Source: Trueperaceae bacterium | GTDB taxonomy: Bacteria > Deinococcota > Deinococci > Deinococcales > Trueperaceae | Assembly: GCA_965213925.1 (NCBI GenBank) | Contig: OZ243927.1 | Span: forward strand, 832,001-896,000 | Direction: 5' to 3' | Length of the DNA: 64,000 nt | In this document: piece by piece, positions 49,768 to 57,780 of the stretch | How the letters are laid out: every line of letters starts with the position of its first letter | How positions within the stretch are numbered: position 1 is the first letter of the stretch | Program-made: the position numbers and the translations under genes | The notes under the pieces: model-generated | What the model was told of the DNA's origin: nothing | The model's input: only the letters and a program-made list of their open reading frames with translations | Databases searched by the model: none

Positions 49768-49892
49768 CGCTTAGGTGAGCTTTGGCTCGGTTCATCACAC
49801 AGCCACCTGTTCTAAATCTATATCGTTTGACAAATAAACGTTTATTTGCTATACATTTATCTGATGAACTTCTTGATTTGGAGGATAGGTGT

Positions 49893-50384
49893 ATGACAGA
49901 CGTGCAAGAGAGATTGGAGAACATTCAGGTCGACTGGGAACCGCTGCCCGAGGCGCTAACCGGCATTACCGGCTTCATGCTCTACTGGGTCACTGGGTTA
50001 GCGGGGCAATTCTACGCGCAAGCCGTTGCTACCGTAGGGCTGGAGCCGCAGCAGGTTGCCACCTTGCAGCTCTTGACGATCGAGGGGCCGATAGTTCAGG
50101 CGCGCTTGGCTGAACGGTTGCGCATCAACAAAGCAACGATGGTGGGTATTCTCAATAGCCTTGAAGAACAGGAGCTGGTCGAGCGACGACCTTATGCAGG
50201 AGATAAGCGAGCACTCGAGATTCACCCGACGAACGCAGGCAGGGAAAAAGCCAGGGAACTCGAACGGGTCAACCGCGAGGCGGACCGCCTCTTCTTCGCG
50301 TCTCTAAGCAGTGAGGAGCGCGAAACTTTCCACGCATTGCTTGCCAAGCTCGCTACCGCTCAGCCTCAGGGGAGGTCGGCGTGA
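49893..50384 (+). CDS. MarR family regulator
   Basis: QARLAERLRINKATMV..LEEQELVER..DKR; RBS GGAGG. Confidence 0.88.
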   Translation: MTDVQERLENIQVDWEPLPEALTGITGFMLYWVTGLAGQFYAQAVATVGLEPQQVATLQLLTIEGPIVQARLAERLRINKATMVGILNSLEEQELVERRPYAGDKRALEIHPTNAGREKARELERVNREADRLFFASLSSEERETFHALLAKLATAQPQGRSA

Positions 50385-50830
50385 GCTTAGCCATTTTCAT
50401 CCTGCTACTCGTCGCGCTCACCACGTTTTTCAATGCCGGCCTGCAGTACTACACTACGGTCTCGACCTACCCGCTCTTCAGCGAGGTAGATGAGGCGAAC
50501 TTCGTGCGCTTCCACAAGGCGTACGAGGGCAAGCTACCGCTGTCGATCTACATTCCCTATTCGCTCTGGATGCTCAGCACATTGGCGCTTCTCTTCGTGC
50601 GCCCTGATGGGGTCACGCTGCTATGGATCGTGCTGCTCCTGGTACTCAACGGCTCCATCATGGTAATAAGCCTTGCCTTCGCCGCACCGGTGCATACAAA
50701 GTTAGACCGTGAAGGCAAGAGTGCAAGCGACCTCGCCAGGCTGCGCCGCTACAACCTGCCGCGCCTGCTCGCGGTTGCTGCAAGCAGCATGGTCGCGCTA
50801 TATCTATTGGCGATCAGCCTCACAAGCTAA
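50381..50830 (+). CDS. Four-TM membrane protein
   Basis: Hydrophobic helices, YPLF..V..F..FH; coupled to the MarR gene. Confidence 0.7.
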   Translation: MSLAIFILLLVALTTFFNAGLQYYTTVSTYPLFSEVDEANFVRFHKAYEGKLPLSIYIPYSLWMLSTLALLFVRPDGVTLLWIVLLLVLNGSIMVISLAFAAPVHTKLDREGKSASDLARLRRYNLPRLLAVAASSMVALYLLAISLTS

Positions 50831-50884
50831 CCCCTCGAAAAGACATGTTCTTGTAGGGACCTTTACGACCCCGAAAGGACCGCT

Positions 50885-51649
50885 ATGGCTATACGATCTG
50901 CAAACGCGCCTAGAAACACGTTCCTAACGGGCTGGACCGCGCCGCTGTTTATCATGCTCGTGCGCTGGCCGCTCTTGCTGGCGGGTTACGCGCTCGTCGC
51001 CCTGCTCTTTCAGGGGCAGGGGTTGGACCGGGTGTGGCAGCGAGCGGCGCTGCACAACTACGTCATCGTCAGCCTGTTCGCCGACCTCGGGTGCCTGCTA
51101 CTCCTTGCCTGGCTGATGCGGCGCGAAGGGGGGCGACTCGTGGACCTACTCAACTTGGAGCGAGGCAAGGTTGGGCGAGACGTCCTCATCGGTATAGCGC
51201 TCTTTTTCGTCATGGCTGCCGCGTTTTACCTCAGCCCGCTCGTAAGCGCCTTTCTCGTCACCGGTCGCCTCGACGCGAGCGCGGCTTGGGGCACGAACCC
51301 CTTCGTCGTCCCGCTCTGGGTCCACGTCTGGAACATGACTATCTTCCCGGTCACGACCAGTATCACCGAGGAGATGGTCTACCGGGGCTACGCCTTGCCG
51401 CGTATTGAGCGGCTCACCGGGCGGGTGTGGCTGGCGGTGCTCATCCCCGCCACTGCCTTCGGGCTTGCCCACCTCACGCCGCCCTTCACGGGTATAGAGA
51501 GCGTAACCCTCCGCTTCCTTACGCTTTTCTTCGTCGGGGCGGTGCTCGAGCTACTCTACTTACGCTACCGCAGGCTCCTGCCGCTCATCGTCGGGCACTA
51601 CCTCATTGATCTGATCTTTCTGGGAGTCTTGCCGTTCGCCCTTAGCTGA
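50885..51649 (+). CDS. CPBP (CAAX protease/Abi) intramembrane metalloprotease
   Basis: EEMVYRGY, FGLAH, GHYLID. Confidence 0.88.
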   Translation: MAIRSANAPRNTFLTGWTAPLFIMLVRWPLLLAGYALVALLFQGQGLDRVWQRAALHNYVIVSLFADLGCLLLLAWLMRREGGRLVDLLNLERGKVGRDVLIGIALFFVMAAAFYLSPLVSAFLVTGRLDASAAWGTNPFVVPLWVHVWNMTIFPVTTSITEEMVYRGYALPRIERLTGRVWLAVLIPATAFGLAHLTPPFTGIESVTLRFLTLFFVGAVLELLYLRYRRLLPLIVGHYLIDLIFLGVLPFALS

Positions 51650-51693
51650 GGGGTTAAAGGTTTATAGGTGCAGTCATAACCTCCATACCTACC

Positions 51694-51725
51694 GTGTGCG
51701 ACAGTAGCGCGCGTTCGTCGCAGAA
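51694..51725. repeat. 13-6-13 palindromic site, copy 13 (next to the recombinase)
   Basis: GTGTGCGACAGTA-GCGCGC-GTTCGTCGCAGAA. Confidence 0.85.
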
Positions 51726-51815
51726 CACCCACTGCCCTTCAAAAACGATTCAAAGCAGACCTCCGTGCAGACTACAGCTCGGAGGTTTTTTATGGACGAA
51801 TAAGAGACACTCATA

Positions 51816-52682
51816 TTGACAAATTGTGTTGAGGAATACCTGAAAGCTCGTAATCTGGACGGCTACAGTGACAAAACGCTCTATTCCTACAGGCTGCATC
51901 TAAATCGTTTGACCGCAGATTTGGGCAATGCCACTCCTATCGACATTATCAAGCTCGAACATCTACGTTCTCACCTCACCAGCCTGACGCATCTGCAAAC
52001 CTCAAGTTTGGCGAACAAGGTCCGCGCCCTTAAAGCCTTTTTCAAGTGGCTCTACGAGGAGGAGATATTGGAGCGCAACCCCGCACTGAAGCTGAGGGAG
52101 CCGCGCTTACCCGCGAGAATCCCTAAAGCGCTTTCGGTTGAAGAAGTTGAGCTGCTGCGTGACGCCTGTGAGAGTTTATTGGAGCACGCCTTAGTCGAGT
52201 TCTTCTTCGCCACCGGCTGCCGTGTGAGCGAAATTCACCAACTGGACCGCATCGACCTCGACTGGGTGCGGCGCAGCGCAGTCGTGCTGGGCAAGGGTAA
52301 TAAGGAGCGCGAGGTGTACTTCGGAGCAAAAGCCGCGCTGTGGCTCAAACGATATCTCGACAGCCGAACGGATAGCTCTTTGGCGCTATTCGTTACGAAG
52401 CGACGAAGACGCCAGCATAGCGGGGCTTTAGAGCATCAGCGTCTCAGCACGTCGCAGATACAACGCATCTTTAAGCGTGTGGCGCGGCGGTGCGGCTTGG
52501 AGGAGAAAGTAACCCCTCACGTGCTGCGCCACACGCTCGCAACTCTTCTGCTAAACCAAGGTGCACCGATCGCTGCCGTGCAGTCCATCCTCGGGCACGC
52601 CTCGCCCACCACAACACAGCTCTATGTCAACCTCTCCGGTGAGTCGCGGCAGATGCTCTACAAAAGGCATTTCCCGCAGTAA
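51816..52682 (+). CDS. Tyrosine recombinase (XerD-like, not IntI)
   Basis: N-terminal SAM-like domain; complete catalytic set TGCRVSE, GKGNKER, HVLRH, LGH, TTQLY. Confidence 0.92.
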   Translation: MTNCVEEYLKARNLDGYSDKTLYSYRLHLNRLTADLGNATPIDIIKLEHLRSHLTSLTHLQTSSLANKVRALKAFFKWLYEEEILERNPALKLREPRLPARIPKALSVEEVELLRDACESLLEHALVEFFFATGCRVSEIHQLDRIDLDWVRRSAVVLGKGNKEREVYFGAKAALWLKRYLDSRTDSSLALFVTKRRRRQHSGALEHQRLSTSQIQRIFKRVARRCGLEEKVTPHVLRHTLATLLLNQGAPIAAVQSILGHASPTTTQLYVNLSGESRQMLYKRHFPQ

Positions 52683-52730
52683 GGAAAGGTTGTTCTTTTG
52701 TCAGCGAAAGGGAAGCTGTATAATACAGCT

Positions 52731-52955
52731 ATGGCTGACAGCAATTTTGAGCGCACCTTCGCGGCTTTACCTCCCGACCTCAAGCAAGAGGTCCAAGACT
52801 TTGCTGAGTTTCTCCTTTCCAAGCGATCAACGCAAGATAGAGCTGTGAGTGACGCTCACCCGCTCGCGAGCTTAGCGGGCGCATGGCGCGACGAGCCGCT
52901 CTCGGACGAAGACCTCTTGCCTGAACGAACGCTCGGACGCGGCGTCGATCTCTAA
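52731..52955 (+). CDS. DUF2281-like antitoxin
   Basis: LPPDLKQEVQDFAEFL...LAGAW; precedes a PIN toxin; TATAAT 6 bp before ATG (leaderless). Confidence 0.75.
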   Translation: MADSNFERTFAALPPDLKQEVQDFAEFLLSKRSTQDRAVSDAHPLASLAGAWRDEPLSDEDLLPERTLGRGVDL

Positions 52956-52962
52956 ATTCTAG

Positions 52963-53364
52963 GTGCTTTATCTTCTCGACACGGATACGCTTGTTTTCTA
53001 CTTGCGGGGACGCTCCGAGGTGAGACAGAAAATTCTCAGCGTCCCTACGGATGATCTCTGCACTAGCGCTATGTGCATCGGCGAGCTTTATTATGGTGCG
53101 GAGAAATCTCAGAAGCAAGTGGAGCGAAAAGCCGAGGTCGACCGCTTGCGTGCGGCGCTGATGAGCATCCCTCTGCAAGGGGCGGTGATGGAGCGCTTCG
53201 GTCAGTTGAAGGCGTCGCTCGAGAAGCAAGGCGAGCGGCTAGCTGACGCCGACTTACTGATCGCGGCGACAGCTCTGGAAAACAACCTCACGCTCGTCAC
53301 GGGCAACCTCAAGCACTTCCAGCGTGTGCAGGGGCTGAAGATGGAGAGTTGGATCAAGCGCTGA
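52963..53364 (+). CDS. vapC: VapC PIN-domain toxin
   Basis: YLLDTD, GELYYGA, DLLIAATA, LVTGNLKHF. Confidence 0.92.
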   Translation: MLYLLDTDTLVFYLRGRSEVRQKILSVPTDDLCTSAMCIGELYYGAEKSQKQVERKAEVDRLRAALMSIPLQGAVMERFGQLKASLEKQGERLADADLLIAATALENNLTLVTGNLKHFQRVQGLKMESWIKR

Positions 53365-53385
53365 AACGTCAGAAGGGCTGAGCCA

Positions 53386-53417
53386 TTATGCGTGAGACGC
53401 GCGCGTCTCTTGCAGAA
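53386..53417. repeat. 13-6-13 palindromic site, copy 14
   Basis: TTATGCGTGAGAC-GCGCGC-GTCTCTTGCAGAA. Confidence 0.92.
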
Positions 53418-53438
53418 GAAATCAGCAAGTATAACTCT

Positions 53439-53873
53439 TTAAGAGGTGGTTGCATCCTTCGGAGGGTAACGCCCTATTGCCTGCAAAACCTCCCGCTCCA
53501 GCAGCCTTTCGCGGACGTTGAACTGGAGCAGGCGTTCGGTGACGCGGGCGATATCGGTGAGCGGCATGATCTTCACCTGGTCGAGTTCGAAATGCTCAGC
53601 CCACAGGTCCACTCGCGGATTGTAAAAGCGCGCGAACGCCTCTGTCTTCCAGTCGATCGAGCCGATGTCGCTTCCCTTAGCGCGATTACAGACCACGCAG
53701 GCGAGTGCTAGGTTGTCCTCTTCGGTCCGCCCGCCGTGTTTCTCGCTGATGATGTGATCGATTTGCATTGCGTAGTAGCTGTCGTCTTCGTGGATCAAGC
53801 AGTATTCGCAGCATCTATTCGCCTTAGCTAAAACGCGCTGGCGCAGGTCCGCCGGGATATACGTTTTACTCAC
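53439..53873 (-). CDS. HNH endonuclease
   Basis: CEYC, IDHII..HGG, NLALACVVCNRAKG. Confidence 0.9.
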   Translation of the reverse strand: MSKTYIPADLRQRVLAKANRCCEYCLIHEDDSYYAMQIDHIISEKHGGRTEEDNLALACVVCNRAKGSDIGSIDWKTEAFARFYNPRVDLWAEHFELDQVKIMPLTDIARVTERLLQFNVRERLLEREVLQAIGRYPPKDATTS

Positions 53874-54099
53874 TCAGCAATTGCCTAGCTTTGGCTTTCG
53901 CTAAGCGCATAACGTGCTCGAGCTGCATATACTGGTCGAGCTCGCGACGCTCGTCCTGGGATAACCCCTGCGCCTTCTCTTGTTCGATAAGTTCGGCGAC
54001 CCGTGCTTGTGCGCCCTCAGAGGGGCGGAAGGAGACAACCCCAGAGGGATTTGCACCTGCGATCAGGTCAACGATTTCTTGGTAAGCGAGGGTTGCCAT
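53866..54099 (-). CDS. Small helical protein, putative antitoxin for the HNH
   Basis: FRPS..AQARV..L..K...ELD.Y..LEH; overlaps the HNH gene; leaderless TATAAT at 54106-54111. Confidence 0.7.
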   Translation of the reverse strand: MATLAYQEIVDLIAGANPSGVVSFRPSEGAQARVAELIEQEKAQGLSQDERRELDQYMQLEHVMRLAKAKARQLLSE

Positions 54100-54131
54100 A
54101 ACGCTATTATACCTCAGCTTGAGAAATGGGA

Positions 54132-54163
54132 TTCTGCGTGTGATGCGCGCGTTCGCCGCACAA
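54132..54163. repeat. 13-6-13 palindromic site, copy 15
   Basis: TTCTGCGTGTGAT-GCGCGC-GTTCGCCGCACAA. Confidence 0.9.
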
Positions 54164-54216
54164 AATTATCGAAGAGAACAAACGATGCGATGAGAAACTA
54201 CTTTGTGCCCCAACAT

Positions 54217-54678
54217 CTACCGTTTGAGCAGTCGCGGGTCATAGTTGAACGCTTGCGCCTCGCCGATCTCTACTCGCCCAGCATCGGGATGGTTCGGATT
54301 AAAAAGGTAGTTCCGTTCCGCCGCGACCACACGGCTCGGCACCGCGAGGAGCACCGACGCGTTACGCTTGACCCAAGCGTCCCCGATCGCTTGAGTGGTA
54401 GGTAGACCTTCAGGCTCAGCCCAGTTCTCGGACAAGCTCTCAGGCGACACGTTCAGTAGAAGCGTTTCGCCAAAGGTAATTGGAATAGCTGTATAAGGCT
54501 CAAGCGCACGCTCGTAGTCGATGTGGACGAGTAGCTCCAAAGCTGCGAGGGCTAAACTGCTCGCTAGATAAACGACTGCCGTGCCCGCTGAGTTCCAGCG
54601 ACCTCCGTAACGCCGCGCCCCCTCACCGTCGAATGCGGATGCAGCCCATTTAGGCGCGACGAGCCGCCAGGCTTTCAG
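54217..54678 (-). CDS. RES-domain NAD+ phosphorylase toxin
   Basis: AWRL..FDGEGARRYGGRWNS..YLASSLALAALE..VPS..ERNYLFNPNHP; start extended to CTG overlapping the antitoxin stop. Confidence 0.88.
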   Translation of the reverse strand: MKAWRLVAPKWAASAFDGEGARRYGGRWNSAGTAVVYLASSLALAALELLVHIDYERALEPYTAIPITFGETLLLNVSPESLSENWAEPEGLPTTQAIGDAWVKRNASVLLAVPSRVVAAERNYLFNPNHPDAGRVEIGEAQAFNYDPRLLKR

Positions 54679-55124
54679 TAGAACACTCCATGCTCAACAC
54701 GGTGTAGTAGATGCTCGACCTCGCGCGCTCCCAGCTCACTATGGGCGAGTTCGAAAGGCGTTTGTCCGCCAAAAACTGGGCGCGGTGTCTGCATCCAACG
54801 CCGAGCTAAATCTTTGTCTCCAATGACCTGAGTCGCTAGAGCATAGAGTTCGGCAAAGCGCACCAACCGCTCGGATGGGCTGGACTCGAGTGGCGCACCC
54901 GCCTCTTCACGCCGCTGAACTGTGCGTAAGGAGAGACCAACTGCCTTCGCGAGGTCCTCGCGGGCAATACCTGCAGTCTTGCTGAACTGATCAAAGGCAG
55001 CAGCCGATAAACCTGAGCGCACCGTGCGGATACGCTCGAGCGGGGTACTCTGCGCCAGACCTAAAGCTGCATCCCAGATGCTCTGCTCCGCCGGGGGTGG
55101 GGTGAAATCGAAAACAGCATCCAT
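54675..55124 (-). CDS. Xre/MbcA/ParS antitoxin
   Basis: GLSLRTVQRR..SERLVR..ARRWMQTP..FGGQTP..G.REVE..L.RVEHGVF. Confidence 0.88.
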   Translation of the reverse strand: MDAVFDFTPPPAEQSIWDAALGLAQSTPLERIRTVRSGLSAAAFDQFSKTAGIAREDLAKAVGLSLRTVQRREEAGAPLESSPSERLVRFAELYALATQVIGDKDLARRWMQTPRPVFGGQTPFELAHSELGAREVEHLLHRVEHGVFY

Positions 55125-55265
55125 AGCTAACCTCCAGACTACTGTCAATAATTATACGACAGAAGTCGCGTCAAGGCAGACTATTTATCGACATGTATGG
55201 TCAGTACACCTAACTGTCTTGAGGGGCTGATGTAGCGTATGCATGACCGCCCAGCCTACGCCTCG

Positions 55266-55297
55266 TTCTGCGGTGAACGCGCGCGTTTGGCACACAC
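55266..55297. repeat. 13-6-13 palindromic site, copy 16
   Basis: TTCTGCGGTGAAC-GCGCGC-GTTTGGCACACAC. Confidence 0.8.
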
Positions 55298-55352
55298 GGG
55301 TCACAACAACCCTCGAAGCCTTGTTTATAACTCGAAATGGGTTAGTCAGCGA

Positions 55353-56734
55353 TTACTCCTTCACTGTGTCCAAACCCGCCGCCCGCCACGCTTTCATACT
55401 TCCTAGAACGTTCGTCACTCCAAAACCGCGCCGTTCAAGCAGACTCACCGCGATGCTCGCCCGGTAGCCGCTGCCGCAGTAAACCGTCACTGGTCTCTCT
55501 TGGTCCAACGTCTCTAGGTGTTCAGCCAGAAAGTGCAGGAAGACGTGCTGCGCACCGGGGATGAACCCCGCTTGCCACTCGTCCTCGCGCCGCACGTCGA
55601 GGAGCTGACCGACGTCGCCTGCTGCTATCTTGCGGTTCAGGTCGTGGACGCTCATACGTCCGGACGTTTCAAGTTCACGTCCCGCTTCGGTTCAGGTACG
55701 CATCCCGCCCCGCAAGTAGCCTATGACCTTGTCGAAACCGGTTCGCAGCAGGTGGGTTTGCGCCCTGGCCGCCGTCGCGCTGTCCTCACTGATGAGCACC
55801 AGCCGCTGCTCTGGGTCCAGCATCCAGCCGCACCAGATGGGGAAGGACGAGCGCAGCGCGATGTTGAGGCTGCCTTCAATGTGCGCTCCCGCGAAGGGTC
55901 GATCTCGCGGGTGTCGAGGAGCAATACGTCCTCTCGCCGTCGCAGGTCGTCCACCCGGTCCGGCGACAAGGCGCTCAGGTGGGGGCGCGGGCCTAGCGGT
56001 TCGGGACCCTGGGTATTCAGCCTTTTCATCCGGGGGTAGTAGCGCGGCTCCGGCGACAGCTCCGCCAAGACCTGTTCGGTAAATTTGGCTTCGCTGTTGA
56101 GTTGCAGCTTGGCGTTATGCGCCTTTTCATACCCCAAGGTTGTGCGGTCTCTCACCCCAATGCTGCCGCCGCAGGGTGAGCCCTCGCCGTGGGCGGGATA
56201 GACCTCGAGCGTCTCCGGTAGGCTGAGTAACTTTTGAAGCGAGCCGTAGAGGTCGCGGGCTAGCGCTTCTTCGCTCTTGCCCGTGGCGAGGTGGGGCGGC
56301 CCCACCTCGCTAGCGAAAAGGGTATCGCCTGTAAAGACTGCCCAGGGTTCCTCCGCTCCTTTACCGCCGCCGCGCACCACAAAGCAGACGTGCTCCGGGG
56401 AGTGCCCCGGCGTGTGCAGCACCTCGAGGGTGAAGGGGCCGACAGAGAGCGTGTCACCCTCCTTGAGCGCTTCGATCTCGAAGCCGTAGTCGCCTGCACC
56501 CACATAAATCGTTGCACCTGTCCGTGCAGCGAGTTCACGGCTGCCCGAGACGAAGTCGGCGTGGATGTGGGTCTCTAAAACGTGTGTGATGCGCAGTTGA
56601 TGACGCTGGGCTAGCCCCAGATAAACCTCAATGTCGCGGCGTGGGTCGATCACCGTGCAGACGCCCGCACCACTATTCCCCAAGAGGTAGGAGAGGTGCG
56701 CGAGCCCATCCGACTTGATAGTTTCTAAGATCAC
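55353..56734 (-). pseudogene. MBL-fold persulfide dioxygenase-rhodanese fusion, frameshifted near 55897
   Basis: THIHADFVSG, HTPGH, TGD, PAHG; rhodanese domains (AHIEGSLNI, YCGSGYR) continue in another frame. Confidence 0.8.
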
Positions 56735-56787
56735 GGTTTTCCTCCATCTGTCAGAGCTTCGGGCGCACCCTGGCTACTCCTATAAGT

Positions 56788-57780
56788 GCGACCGGCGCGG
56801 GAACAGATGGAACTCGACGCCCGCGACGTGTGGCGCGCGCCAACTATCAAGAGGTGAAAGAGGGGCGCGGCACCGAGGCGGGCGGCGTGTTCCTAGACAT
56901 TTCACATAGGGACGCCGACTTCAAGAGGGGAGCGCCTCGGCACCGAGGCGGGTTCAAAGACGGCGTGTTCCTAGACATTTCACATAGGGACGCCGACTTT
57001 ATCCGGGAGCGCCTCCCTAAGATCGTTCGCCAGTTCAAAGAGCAGGGCGTGGACATCACCGCTGAGCCGATGGAGGTCGCCCCGACCGCGCACTACGCGA
57101 TGGGCGGCATCAAGATAGATTTCGGGACGGGCGAGACGGACGTGCCGGGGCTCTTCGCCTGCGGCGAGGCCACCTCGGGGGTGCATGGCGCGAACCGCTT
57201 AGGGGGTAACTCGCTCTGCGAGACGGTGGTCTTCGGGAAGGTTGTCGGCGCACATGTGGCGGGCGAGATAGGCGCGCTGCCCGAGCCGAACGTTGACGAG
57301 GACGAGGTGGACGCCGAACTCGCTCGGCTCCGCGACCTGAGCGAGGCAGATGGAGATACAGAACCCGACGCGCTGATAGACGAACTCGGCAACCTGCTCT
57401 GGGACCGCGCGGGGATCGTCCGCAACCAGGTGGGGCTCGAGCAAGGGCTAGAGGAGCTGGCTACGTTGCGCGAACGCGCTCAAAACCTCCGCGTCGAAGG
57501 GGGCGTGACGGGTCACGACTTCGAGTTCGCCAACAACTTACAGTTCATGCTGCTCGCAGCCGAAGCTATCCTGCGCGGCGCGCTCATGCGGGACGAGTCG
57601 CGCGGCGCGCACCACCGCGACGACGCCCCGGAGGAGAAAGAGGAGTGGCAACAGAACATCCTCTACCGCAAAGAAGGCGGGCAGATGGCGCTGACGACCG
57701 AGGCGGTCGGTGAAGTACCCGAAGGGATTCAGCACGCCATAGAGGAGGGGCACACGCTCGAGTATCATCACCTGGAGTAG
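56788..57780 (+). pseudogene. 5'-truncated SdhA/FrdA/NadB-family flavoprotein fragment
   Basis: PTAHYAMGG, HGANRLGGNSL, RDESRGAH; N-terminal half missing; internal duplication. Confidence 0.8.

Noticed and set aside
51816..52682. Integron integrase IntI or prophage integrase
   Set aside because: Lacks the long IntI insertion and an arm-binding domain; no phage genes or tRNA att site seen.
53371..53389. Possible IS630-like end (GGCTGAGCCA-TTAT) abutting site copy 14
   Set aside because: Resembles the IS end and sits at the expected position, but I found no matching opposite end.
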